Assembly (NCBI GenBank): GCA_035703635.1
Contig: DASSXV010000042.1
Location: 1 to 33,927 of the forward strand
Direction: 5' to 3'
Source: Trueperaceae bacterium
GTDB taxonomy: Bacteria; Deinococcota; Deinococci; Deinococcales; Trueperaceae
DNA length: 33,927 bases
Shown: in pieces, positions 18,057 to 27,285 of the stretch
How positions within the stretch are numbered: position 1 is the first letter of the stretch
How the letters are laid out: every line of letters starts with the position of its first letter
Translations under genes and position numbers: made by a program
The notes under the pieces: model-generated
What the model saw: the letters and a program-made list of their open reading frames with translations, nothing else
Database searches by the model: none
Told to the model about the DNA's origin: nothing

Positions 18057-18434
18057 GTGAAGCAGTTGTCTAGTGACCAGACCGAGGCCGTCATCGCCAT
18101 GGCGCTGGAGTTCGCTCGCCAGGGTGAGACCGCGCAGCTCATGGAGCTCGTGGCGCACGGCTTGCCGATCGACGTGGTCGACACCGAGGGGAACACGCCA
18201 CTGATGCTGGCGGCGTACCGCGGCCAACTGGATACGGTGAAGGCGCTGCTCGCCAGAGGCGCCGACGTCGACTTGTGCAACGCTCGCGGTCAATCGCCGC
18301 TAGCAGGGGCCATCTTCAAGGGCGAGGACGAGATCGCGAAGGCGTTGCTTGCCGCTGGCGCCGACCCGGACGCTGGCACGCCGAGCGCCCGCGCAACGGC
18401 GGAACTTTTCGGCCGCAGCGCTCTCATGGAGTGA
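18057..18434 (+). CDS. Ankyrin-repeat protein (catalase-associated type)
   Basis: GNTPLMLAAYRG...LLARGADVD, GQSPLAGAIFKG...LLAAGADPD; GTG 6 nt after TACGAT (leaderless). Confidence 0.9.
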   Translation: MKQLSSDQTEAVIAMALEFARQGETAQLMELVAHGLPIDVVDTEGNTPLMLAAYRGQLDTVKALLARGADVDLCNARGQSPLAGAIFKGEDEIAKALLAAGADPDAGTPSARATAELFGRSALME

Positions 18435-18435
18435 G

Positions 18436-18470
18436 AAAACGGCCAGGACGCCGAACTGCGCCCTGGCCGT
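18436..18470 (-). terminator. Terminator hairpin between the convergent ankyrin and catalase genes
   Basis: ACGGCCAGG / CCTGGCCGT stem with a further CGC/GCG extension; T-run on the minus strand. Confidence 0.7.
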
Positions 18471-18493
18471 GACCAGGCTTCGGCTAGTTACGA

Positions 18494-19957
18494 CTAGCCC
18501 TCGTGCAGCGCCTTGATGGCCTGGCGCACGCCAGCGCCGTAGGCCGGGTCGGCCTGGGTGCAGTGGCCGATGTGGCGTTCGATGGTGGCGGCGGACGCGC
18601 CCTTGATGGCGCGCGCCGTGTTGTCGAACAACGCCTGCTGCTGCTCAGCGTTCATGAGCCTGAACAGGTCGCCCGGCTGCTCGTAGTAGTTGCTGTCGTC
18701 CGCGCGGTAGTCGTGGCGGCCGGCGGTGCCAGACAGCGCCAAGGCCGGCTCTGCGTACTGCGGCTGGGCCTCCCAGTTGCCGTAACTGTTGGGGGTGTAA
18801 CCGGCGGTCGCACCGTGATTGCCGTCGACGCGCATCTGGCCGTCACGGTGGTAGGTGTTCGGGTGCGCGACCCCGCGCGGCTGGTTCACCGGAATCTGGT
18901 GGTGGTTGACGCCTACGCGGTAACGCGCGGCGTCACCGTACGAGAAGAGGCGCCCTTGCAGCATGCGATCAGGCGATACGCCGATACCAGGCACGAGGTT
19001 GGCTGGGGTGAAGGCGGCCTGCTCGACGTCGGCGAAGTAGTTCTCCGGATTGCGGTTCAGTTCGAACTCGCCAACCTCGATGAGGGGGTAGTCCTTCTTC
19101 GACCACACCTTCGTTACGTCGAACGGGTGGAAGCGGTAGTTGGCCGCCTCGGCCTCTGGCATTACCTGGATGTAGAACGTCCACTTGGGGAAGTCGCCGC
19201 GGTCGATGGCCTCGAGCAAGTCACGCTGCGACGACTCGCGGTCGTGCGCTACGAGCGCGGCCGCCTCGGCGTCCGTCAAGTTCTTGATGCCCTGCTGGGT
19301 GCGGAAGTGGAACTTCACCCAGAAGCGTTCACCGGCCGCGTTCCAGAAGGAGTAGGTGTGCGAACCGAAGCCGTGCATGTGGCGGTAACCGTCAGGGATG
19401 CCGCGGTCGGACATGAGCACCGTCACCTGGTGCAGCGCCTCCGGGAGGTTCGTCCAGAAGTCCCAGTTGTTCTCTGCCGAGCGCATGTTGGTTCGTGGGT
19501 CGCGCTTCACGGCGCGGTTCAGGTCGGGGAAGTGGTGAGGATCTCGGTGGAAGAACACGGGGGTGTTGTTGCCGACCACGTCCCAGTTGCCTTCTTCGGT
19601 GAAGAAGCGCAGTGCGAAACCGCGGATGTCCCGCTCGGCGTCCGCCGCGCCGCGTTCACCCGCGACGGTGGAGAAGCGCGCGAACATCTCCGTTTGCTTG
19701 CCGACCTGCGAGAAGACGGCCGCACGCGAGTACTTTGTGATGTCGTGGGTGACGGTGAACTTGCCCCAGGCGCCAGAACCCTTGGCGTGCATGCGGCGCT
19801 CTGGGATGACCTCGCGGCTGAAGTGCGCCAGCTTCTCGAGGAACCAGGCGTCCTGCAGGAGGATCGGGCCGCGCGGCCCGGCGGTGATGGCGTTGTCGTT
19901 GTCTGCGATGGGCGCGCCAGCGGCAGTCGTCAGTGGCTTCTTGGCATCGTCGTTGAT
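18494..19957 (-). CDS. katA: Monofunctional small-subunit heme catalase, apparent ATC start
   Basis: [15 protein letters not shown] (distal His), [25 protein letters not shown] (proximal Tyr). AAGGAG SD lies 7 nt before an in-frame ATC at 19957. Confidence 0.93.
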   Translation of the reverse strand: MNDDAKKPLTTAAGAPIADNDNAITAGPRGPILLQDAWFLEKLAHFSREVIPERRMHAKGSGAWGKFTVTHDITKYSRAAVFSQVGKQTEMFARFSTVAGERGAADAERDIRGFALRFFTEEGNWDVVGNNTPVFFHRDPHHFPDLNRAVKRDPRTNMRSAENNWDFWTNLPEALHQVTVLMSDRGIPDGYRHMHGFGSHTYSFWNAAGERFWVKFHFRTQQGIKNLTDAEAAALVAHDRESSQRDLLEAIDRGDFPKWTFYIQVMPEAEAANYRFHPFDVTKVWSKKDYPLIEVGEFELNRNPENYFADVEQAAFTPANLVPGIGVSPDRMLQGRLFSYGDAARYRVGVNHHQIPVNQPRGVAHPNTYHRDGQMRVDGNHGATAGYTPNSYGNWEAQPQYAEPALALSGTAGRHDYRADDSNYYEQPGDLFRLMNAEQQQALFDNTARAIKGASAATIERHIGHCTQADPAYGAGVRQAIKALHEG

Positions 19958-20102
19958 GGGGTGTCTCCTTTTCTCACGTTGCGCATGTTCGGCTTGCGGT
20001 AGGTGCGCGCCCGGCCAGTGGCTGGCTGCCCGAGCTAGTACTCCCAGTATGCCATCGGTTGCGTGAGAGCCGTGTTCCGGGCGCTGGCGCTCGGCGCCGC
20101 CG

Positions 20103-21095
20103 TTAGGTGGGTCGTTCGAGGAAGCGCTGCAGCGCGCGCATGGCGGCAAGCGCCCGCGGGAAGCCTACGAACATGGCGCTGTGGATGATGACCTCGCGCA
20201 CCTGGCGCTCGCTAGCGCCCGACCGCATTGCGCCACGGAAGTGCGTGGGGAGTTCGTTGACGCCGTCCGCCGCGGTAAGGAGGGCGACTGCTATGAGCTC
20301 GCGCGTGGCTAGGTCGAGGCCAGCTCTGGCGAAGACTTCGCCGTAGGCGACGCGCTCGACCAGTTCGCCGAGATCGGTGTCGGCCGCCGCCAACGCCGCG
20401 CTGATGCGGTCAGCTTGCGAACCCCAGATGGCCTCACGGGGGTCGCCTGCATGGTGCTCGACGAGGAAAGCGACGACGCCGGAGTGCACCGTAAGTTGCA
20501 CTTTGCTGCCGTTGGCGGCGTTGGATAGGCCCAAACCGCTGCCCAGGGGTAGTGGCGCGTCGCTAAGCGGGAACTGCACCCCCTGCGTCGTCACGCGGCA
20601 GCCTGGCTCGAGCGCGAGGAGGCTGACCGTCGTGCCTGGCGCCAACTCGCGCTCGAGAACCGCGGCGGGAGTAGCGACGTGTGCCTCGTGGTTCCCCGCG
20701 AACAGCGCTACTTCGCGCCCCTCCACCGCTAGGCGACCAGCGATGAGCAACGCGCCGAAGCTCTGGTCGAGGCGGCTTCCGAACGCACCGACTACGGTCG
20801 CGCGTGTAGCGCCCCGCGTCCACGCGGCCGCGAGAGCGAGCTCGAGGTCAAGCTCGTCCTTCGCCTGTGGGTGGCGCTCGACGGGCACCTGTTCGTAGCG
20901 TTCGAGGTCGCGGGCCTCGACGCTGTCTAGATCGCCGACGATCAGGTCAGGGGTGACGCCCAGGATGCGAGCGTGCGCCAACCCGCCATCTGCTGCGATG
21001 ACCAGGTCCTGTGCGGCCAGCAGCAGCGGCCAGAGTTGCGGTGCTGGCAGGGTGCCGCCAGCGAGTACAAGTGCCGTGCGTTGCGCGGGTGTCAT
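20103..21095 (-). CDS. thiN: Thiamine pyrophosphokinase fused to a C-terminal carboxymuconolactone-decarboxylase (CMD/AhpD-like) domain
   Basis: [35 protein letters not shown]; then [21 protein letters not shown]...H..GA...G...EVIIH...FVGFP. ATG overlaps the upstream stop. Confidence 0.85.
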   Translation of the reverse strand: MTPAQRTALVLAGGTLPAPQLWPLLLAAQDLVIAADGGLAHARILGVTPDLIVGDLDSVEARDLERYEQVPVERHPQAKDELDLELALAAAWTRGATRATVVGAFGSRLDQSFGALLIAGRLAVEGREVALFAGNHEAHVATPAAVLERELAPGTTVSLLALEPGCRVTTQGVQFPLSDAPLPLGSGLGLSNAANGSKVQLTVHSGVVAFLVEHHAGDPREAIWGSQADRISAALAAADTDLGELVERVAYGEVFARAGLDLATRELIAVALLTAADGVNELPTHFRGAMRSGASERQVREVIIHSAMFVGFPRALAAMRALQRFLERPT

Positions 21096-22096
21096 GCGTC
21101 GCTCCCTATGCTGCGCCACGCCTCCGGCGGTACGTGTAGGCCGAAGCTCGCGCCCGGCGCCGGGTGTTCTGGCAGCTCGCGGTCGAAGCCGCGCCAGATC
21201 ACGTTCACCCCCCAAGCCTCTGCGGCCAGCGTAAGGCGCCAGGCTAGCCCCTCGCGCGCAGCGGTCGCCACGCGCACGTCAGTGTTGCCCGTTCCAGTCA
21301 CCCCTAAGCGCGTCAGGTCGGCGCGGAGCAGCAGCGCGCCGTCGACTGCGGGCAGTGGCGCGCCGTTCGGCGCGGTTTCGTACACGTTGTCGTGCCCCAG
21401 GAAGCGGGCCGCCCAGGGTCCGGCTGGTCGGGCGAGCAGCTCCTCGCTCGTTCCCACCTGCACTATGCGGCCCTGGCGCATGAGCGCAACGTTGTCTGCA
21501 ACGGTGAAAGCTTCGCCCTGGTCATGCGTGACGTAGATGGCGCCAGCGGGCAAGCCACTCAGGATCCCGCGCAGCTCGAGCTTCAGGCTCTCACGCAATC
21601 TAGAGTCGAGGTTCGAGAGCGGCTCGTCGAGGAGGAGGAGCCGCGGTTCGGGCGCCAATGCCCGCGCTAACGCCACCCGCTGTTGTTGCCCGCCGCTTAG
21701 TTCATTGACCTTGCGGCGCTCCAGGCCAGCGAGCCCTACGAGCGCAAGGAGCTCCTTGACCCGCGCTGCGCGCAGCGGTGCTGGCACCCGCGCTTCGACC
21801 AACCCGAACGCTGCGTTGGCGCCAACGTCTAGGTGGGGGAAGAGCGCGTAGTCCTGGAAGACCATCCCGAAACCGCGACGCGCGGTCGGCGTGCGGGTCA
21901 AGTCCTCGTCGCCGATGGCAACGCCGCCCGCATCAGGGGCTTCAAGGCCGGCAACCAAGCGCAGCAAGGTGCTCTTGCCGCAACCGCTCGGCCCGAGCAG
22001 CGCCAGCGTCGTGCTGGCAGCAAGCTCGAGCGTTACGTGGTCGACGGCGGTCACCGCCCCGTAGCGCTTCGTCAGCTCGGTGAGGCGCAGGTTCAC
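21092..22096 (-). CDS. ABC transporter ATP-binding subunit (thiamine/Fe3+/polyamine type)
   Basis: GPSGCGKS, FQDYALFPH, LSGGQQQR, LLLDEP, YVTHD; adjacent to thiN. Confidence 0.92.
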   Translation of the reverse strand: MNLRLTELTKRYGAVTAVDHVTLELAASTTLALLGPSGCGKSTLLRLVAGLEAPDAGGVAIGDEDLTRTPTARRGFGMVFQDYALFPHLDVGANAAFGLVEARVPAPLRAARVKELLALVGLAGLERRKVNELSGGQQQRVALARALAPEPRLLLLDEPLSNLDSRLRESLKLELRGILSGLPAGAIYVTHDQGEAFTVADNVALMRQGRIVQVGTSEELLARPAGPWAARFLGHDNVYETAPNGAPLPAVDGALLLRADLTRLGVTGTGNTDVRVATAAREGLAWRLTLAAEAWGVNVIWRGFDRELPEHPAPGASFGLHVPPEAWRSIGSDA

Positions 22097-22165
22097 GGCG
22101 CTGCTGTGGCGGTGCGAATGGCGGCTGGCATGGTCTTGGGCATCATACCGGCGCGAGCTGACCGC

Positions 22166-23761
22166 TCAGAACTCGCTGCGGCCGCGGCGTTGCAGTACCA
22201 GCATTACGGCAGCAGTGAGGCCCATCAGCACCACGCCAAGCGCTAGGGCCTCCCCGTAATTGGTCGCGCCTGGCCTGCCTAGGCGATCGAAGATGGCGAC
22301 GGGCAAGGTGGCGAACTCCGGCCTGACGAGGAGCAGCGTGGCGCCGAACTCGCCCATGGAGACGGCGAACGCGAAGGCCGCAGCGGTGAGGAACGCCGGC
22401 CGCAGGAGCGGGAGCTCGACGCGCAAGAGCACACGGAGGGGTCCCGCTCCCAAGGTGCTGGCCGCGGCAGCCAAGGCAGGTGGTTGGGCGCGGTACGCGG
22501 GGAGCAGCGTGCGCGTCACGAAGGGGAACGCTAGCAGGGCGTGTGCGAGAGGTACGCCCCAAACGGAACCGACCAGGGCAGGGTAGGCGAGTAAGTAACC
22601 GAAGGCGAGGGTGATCGGACTGGTAGCCAGCGGCAGGAGACTGGCCTGGTCGAGCCAACGCCAACCGCCGCGCGCGATCGCGTAGGCGAAGAGGAAGCCG
22701 ACGAAGAGCGCCAACGCCGCACTGCTGAAAGCGAAGCCGAGCGAGTTGCGCAACGCTTGCCACAAGTCGGTGAACCCAACCGTGTGCGCCGGGGTGAGGA
22801 GCCCGAGGTAGTTGCGCGCCGTCGGCCACGGTGAGCCTGGGCTGGCGAACGACTGGACGCTCAGGGCGAGCAGAGGCGCGAGCACCAAGGCGCTCGTCAC
22901 TAGGAGCGTGCCGCCGAGCAACACGTGCGCGGTGCCGCGCGGTGCGCGCGTGGCGTCGCCCGGTGCCACGCTCACTGCCAGCCGTTCCTGCAACCGCGTG
23001 TAGATGAAGCCAACCGCCACCATGAGGATGAGTTGCACGAGGGCGAGCGCGGCGGCGGCGTCCAACTCGAGAAGCCGGGCAGTCAAACGGTAGATCTCGA
23101 CCTCGAGGGTGGCGAACTTGGCGGCAGGCGCGAGGATGAGGATGACCCCGAAGCTCGTGAAGCAGAAGAGGAAGACGAGCAGGGCCGAGGCCAGGGTGGC
23201 GGGCAGCGCAAGGGGGAGGGTGACGCGCCACAGCGTGCGCCACGGGGATGCTCCTAGGGTGGAAGCCGCCTCCTCGAGGCGCGGCGCCGCGCCTTCGAGG
23301 AAGCCGCCGACGACGCGCGCCACGACCGCGAAGTTGTAGAACACGTGCGCCAACAGCACGAGGATCAGGGTGTTGCGCAGGTCGGCGCCGAGCACCCCGC
23401 GCGGACCGACCAGTGCCAGGAACCCGATGCCAGCCACCACGGTTGGCATGACGAACGGCACGGAGAATGCCGCGGTGAGAGCGCGTTTGCCGCGGAAGCG
23501 GTAGCGGGCCAGGAGCAACGCGGTTGGCAGGCCCAGCGCCACCGTCAACAACGTAGATAGGAGCGACTGGCCTAGGGTGAATGCTAGGCGGCCGAGGTAG
23601 TAGGGGTCGGTCAAGGCCGCTAGGAACCCCTCGCCGAACGGTACTCCCGCAGTTGGGGCGAGGCTGCGAGCGAATATGACGACGATGGGTACGACAAGGA
23701 ACGCGGAGAGGAAGAGGGTGGCTAGGGCGCCAGCCAGGTGGGTGACGGGGCTGCGCCGCAT
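22166..23761 (-). CDS. ABC transporter permease with two TM modules (ThiP/FbpB type), probably thiamine
   Basis: PFVMPTVVAGIGF, LAHVFYN, EEAASTLGA, FCFTSFG, SMGEFGAT; ATG 7 nt after TATGCT. Confidence 0.88.
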   Translation of the reverse strand: MRRSPVTHLAGALATLFLSAFLVVPIVVIFARSLAPTAGVPFGEGFLAALTDPYYLGRLAFTLGQSLLSTLLTVALGLPTALLLARYRFRGKRALTAAFSVPFVMPTVVAGIGFLALVGPRGVLGADLRNTLILVLLAHVFYNFAVVARVVGGFLEGAAPRLEEAASTLGASPWRTLWRVTLPLALPATLASALLVFLFCFTSFGVILILAPAAKFATLEVEIYRLTARLLELDAAAALALVQLILMVAVGFIYTRLQERLAVSVAPGDATRAPRGTAHVLLGGTLLVTSALVLAPLLALSVQSFASPGSPWPTARNYLGLLTPAHTVGFTDLWQALRNSLGFAFSSAALALFVGFLFAYAIARGGWRWLDQASLLPLATSPITLAFGYLLAYPALVGSVWGVPLAHALLAFPFVTRTLLPAYRAQPPALAAAASTLGAGPLRVLLRVELPLLRPAFLTAAAFAFAVSMGEFGATLLLVRPEFATLPVAIFDRLGRPGATNYGEALALGVVLMGLTAAVMLVLQRRGRSEF

Positions 23762-23835
23762 GCTGCAAAGCATAGGCCAACGGTTGCGCTGCCTGCTGGC
23801 TGGGAGGGAGGCCAGCGGTCCACGGTGGCCTCGTG

Positions 23836-26800
23836 TTACTTTGGGTGCACCACGCGCACTTCCCCTAGCGCCGCAAGGACTATGAGCCCCGTGCTGGCGC
23901 CGGTCAGGCGCAGGTAGGCGCGCACTTGGTCCTCGTAATGGGTCAGGGTCTCTGGCCTTGGTGCGCGGTCCGACTTCCAGTCGATGACGACTTCCGGCTT
24001 GCCACTGTCGTCGACGGCTATGGCGTCGGCTACGCCGCCCCACACGACCTCGTTACCCGTCACTGGGTCCGTTTCCACGCCGGACACCGCCATCTCCGCC
24101 ACGAGCCTGCTGGCCAGTGCGCTGACTTCTGGCGCGTGCCATGCGCGTTCCGCCATCGCGGCGACCTCGTTGGGGTCGATGATCAGGTCGCCAACGTCAA
24201 GGGCCGCAAGTAGCTCGGCGGCGCGGTTGGTCAGTGCGTCGAGGTCGACCGCTGCGGAAGCGTTGATGATTTCTTCGAGGAGTTTGTGAAGCAGGATGCC
24301 GCGCGCCGTGCCGACGGATAGGCCAGGTTGGGGGAGGGCCTCGTCTTCGTTCGCGTTTAGCCCGGCGAGAACGAGCGCGCCAAGTGGGGGCGTGTACGCA
24401 GGTTCAACGGCGGGGTCGAGTCCACTGGCGGCGCCGTCATCCTGGCGACTCGGTGCGCGCCTCTCGACCGTGCGGGCGGCTCGTGCTACCGAAGCCGTCT
24501 GCTCGGCGAACTCCTCCGGTGACTGCGCGCGGTCCTCGCCAGCTTGCGCCCGGTGGGTGCCAGTTGCCGTAATGGTGAACGAGTGCCAGTTCGTCTCGTC
24601 CTGCCAAGGGGTGAGGTTGCACCAGGCGTCTGCGCCACTATCGAAGTCGAAGCTCGGCACCACTAGCAGGTCGCGCGCCCGCGTTGCCGTTACGTACCAC
24701 AGGCGCATGCGTTCAGCGTGCTGGTCGGCCTTCTCGAGTTCGAGTAGTTCGCCAGCATCCTGGCCGGCCTGACCGAGAAGGCTCATCACGGGGCGGTTGC
24801 CGTGGCGACTGAACCACGGGCTCCTCGGTCCGTCGTTGCCCGCCATCGAGCTGACGGGGATCACGACGCGCCACTCGAGCCCTTTGGCCGAGTGCATGGT
24901 GGTGATGGAGATGGCGTCCTCAGCAGCGTCGATGCGGCCCTCGAGTTCGGCTTCCCCGGCTTGCCAAGCAGCCCAGACGTCATCGGCGTAGGCGCGCAGG
25001 CCACGCAATGAGTACGCCTTTGCGCCCTGCAAGAAGCGCCCTAGGTTGGCGAGCGCGCGGTCGGAACGGCCAGGGTGGCGGTCGACGAGCACCGGCCTTA
25101 GCTCGAGCACCTCGGTGGCGAGCGCTAACAGGGCGAACGGCGCCATGTCGTAGCGCGCTGCGCTTATGGGCGCGAGCCGGCCTAGGACCTCAGCTACTCG
25201 CGCCACTGGCACGATGGTCGGGTCGACCGCGAGGGTAAGGCGCGCGTCACCGGTCCGTTGCTCGAGCGCGTGAGCTACGTCGAGTAGCTCCTCGTCCGTA
25301 ACGCCGATCATGGGCCCGCGCAAGAAGGCGCCAAGCGCGAGCGTGTTGTGTGGGTCAGCTAGCGCCGCAGTCAACGCGACGAGGTCCTGGACTTCCTGGC
25401 GCCGATAGAAGCCCTTGCCTGCTTGGCTCGCGACGCCGAGGCCTAGCGCTTCCAGCTCCCGTTCGTAATGCTCGAGCCCCGTGTAACCCGGCGCAAGCAG
25501 GGCGATATCACCTGGACTGACCGGTCCATCTAGCAGGCCGCTTGTGCCGGCGACGAGCTCGCAGCATAGCGCCGCAACAGCAACTGCCTCGGCCCGGCGC
25601 TTGTCGTCGATGGCGATCGCTGGATCTGGCTTGCGCGTGGCGGCAACTGGCGCTCCGTCTGCCGCCACGGGTGCTTCGAGCGCCCCCGGAGTGTCTGCTC
25701 GCGTTACGACTTGCAGTCTCACGAGCGCTGGCCCGGCCAGTGGCAGGCGGCGGGCGTCGAGGTCCGAGTAGCCGGCTTGGCCGGGGGCGGTCAACGGGCC
25801 GGCGAAAGTCTGGTTGGCGTTCGCCAGTATGTCTGGCACCGAGCGGAAGTTGTTGCTCAACCGCAGCGTCAAGGAACCGTCGTCGTGCGTGAGCCCAGCG
25901 CGCAGGGAGTTGTAGGTGCCTGAGTCTGCGCCTCTGAAGCGGTAGATGGACTGGTTGGGGTCGCCAACCACGAAGCGCGCCCCGGGACGGGCCGGCCAGG
26001 CGCGCCATTCGCTCGCCTGCCCCACGGTGGGCGCCACGCCGGTAAGGCGCCACACGATCTCGGCCTGCACGGGGTCCGTGTCCTGGAACTCGTCGACGAG
26101 CACGTATAGGTAGCGTTGCGCCAGTTCGACCCTTACTTGCTCGTTGTCCCGCAGTAGGCGGGCGGCGTTGGCAATGAGGTCGTCGAAGTCCAAACCCGCC
26201 CGCTGCCGTTTGGCCTCCGCGTAATCGGTCACTACCTCGTCTAGTGCCTCCATCAGCACGCCGAGCAAGTGGTCGGAGGCCATGGCCGCGAGCGCGGTAA
26301 TGGCCTCGTCCAGGAGTAGATAGGCGTTGGCCACCACCTCGTAACTAGCGGTCGCGTCAGCTGCCGAGGCGCCGGTTGACCGCACCGCGCTCACCCACAC
26401 CCCCTTGGCCTTCAGTTTCCTGACGCCACCGGTAGTAGTGAACAGAGGTCCTGGCTCGTGCTCCACCGCGGCGATGGCGAGGTGGGTCGCGCTTGGCAAC
26501 GCACGCAGGCTCTCGGCGTAGTCGCTGACCTCCGCGGAGAGCTCGGTGAGCTTTTCTGGTGCGCTGCTCTCCGCCTCGACCAAGGCGCAGAACGTATCCG
26601 CGGCCGCGAGTACGGCGGAAGCGGCCGGTTCAAGCGCGCTAGGCGGCAGGTGCATGCCTGGGTGCGCCCGCATGAGCTGGGCCAGTTCCTTGATGCCCTT
26701 CAACCCGGGAGCTGCTGGATGCGTGAGGAGCAGTGCCAGTGGGTCGTCGGCATCAGGCCCGGCATCAGGAGCGGCCTCGGAGCCGAGGCGGCTGCGCAAC

Positions 26801-27285
26801 CAGGCATCGAAGACGTCGTCGAAGAGGAGATCGGCCGCGCCTGCGTCGATGACGGTGGCGCCAGGGTCGACGCCTGCTTCGACGGGGTAGGGGAGCGTCA
26901 ACTCGCGGGCGAAGCCGTGGATGGTCGTGCTCGTCAGCTCATCGAGGGTGGTCAAGGCGCTGGCGAGCCGTTCTCGTTGTGCGCTGGTTGGCGCTCCATC
27001 GCCGAACGCGGGCTGTAGGGGCGTTGGCACCTCGCCCAATGCGAGTTGCGCGACGTACTCACGCACCCGCGCCGCGAGCTCGGCCGCCGCGAGTTCCGTG
27101 AAGGTGATCGCGGCGATGCTGCTTGGCGCCACGCCCTCGGCGAGGAGCAGCGCAACGCGTCCGGCAAGGATGGCGGTCTTGCCAGAACCAGCTCCGGCCT
27201 CCACCAGCAGCCCGTGAGCCGTGTCGGTGAGTGCCGTGCGGCGCGCGGCGGCGTCCGACAGCGGCGTTGTCAGCCAGCCGCTCAC
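23836..27285 (-). CDS. AddA/RecB-like UvrD-type helicase with C-terminal PD-(D/E)XK nuclease
   Basis: EAGAGSGKT, ITFTELAA, TIHGF, LVDEFQDTD, VGDPNQSIYRFRGAD, NFRS, TMHSAKGLE, YVTATRARD, then RGILLHK..GVADAI..VIDWKS. Confidence 0.9.
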   Translation of the reverse strand: MSGWLTTPLSDAAARRTALTDTAHGLLVEAGAGSGKTAILAGRVALLLAEGVAPSSIAAITFTELAAAELAARVREYVAQLALGEVPTPLQPAFGDGAPTSAQRERLASALTTLDELTSTTIHGFARELTLPYPVEAGVDPGATVIDAGAADLLFDDVFDAWLRSRLGSEAAPDAGPDADDPLALLLTHPAAPGLKGIKELAQLMRAHPGMHLPPSALEPAASAVLAAADTFCALVEAESSAPEKLTELSAEVSDYAESLRALPSATHLAIAAVEHEPGPLFTTTGGVRKLKAKGVWVSAVRSTGASAADATASYEVVANAYLLLDEAITALAAMASDHLLGVLMEALDEVVTDYAEAKRQRAGLDFDDLIANAARLLRDNEQVRVELAQRYLYVLVDEFQDTDPVQAEIVWRLTGVAPTVGQASEWRAWPARPGARFVVGDPNQSIYRFRGADSGTYNSLRAGLTHDDGSLTLRLSNNFRSVPDILANANQTFAGPLTAPGQAGYSDLDARRLPLAGPALVRLQVVTRADTPGALEAPVAADGAPVAATRKPDPAIAIDDKRRAEAVAVAALCCELVAGTSGLLDGPVSPGDIALLAPGYTGLEHYERELEALGLGVASQAGKGFYRRQEVQDLVALTAALADPHNTLALGAFLRGPMIGVTDEELLDVAHALEQRTGDARLTLAVDPTIVPVARVAEVLGRLAPISAARYDMAPFALLALATEVLELRPVLVDRHPGRSDRALANLGRFLQGAKAYSLRGLRAYADDVWAAWQAGEAELEGRIDAAEDAISITTMHSAKGLEWRVVIPVSSMAGNDGPRSPWFSRHGNRPVMSLLGQAGQDAGELLELEKADQHAERMRLWYVTATRARDLLVVPSFDFDSGADAWCNLTPWQDETNWHSFTITATGTHRAQAGEDRAQSPEEFAEQTASVARAARTVERRAPSRQDDGAASGLDPAVEPAYTPPLGALVLAGLNANEDEALPQPGLSVGTARGILLHKLLEEIINASAAVDLDALTNRAAELLAALDVGDLIIDPNEVAAMAERAWHAPEVSALASRLVAEMAVSGVETDPVTGNEVVWGGVADAIAVDDSGKPEVVIDWKSDRAPRPETLTHYEDQVRAYLRLTGASTGLIVLAALGEVRVVHPK

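Noticed and set aside
18503-20002. 499-aa plus-strand ORF antisense to catalase
   Set aside because: Shadow frame of a high-GC, codon-biased gene; no motifs and no clear start signals.
19958-20149. 63-aa N-terminal extension of catalase in the ORF track
   Set aside because: Starts inside thiN, has no catalase similarity or signal peptide, and spans the obvious SD.
22143-23780. 545-aa alternative-frame ORF over the permease
   Set aside because: Arg/Pro-rich off-frame translation typical of high GC; the overlapping frame is a clear permease.
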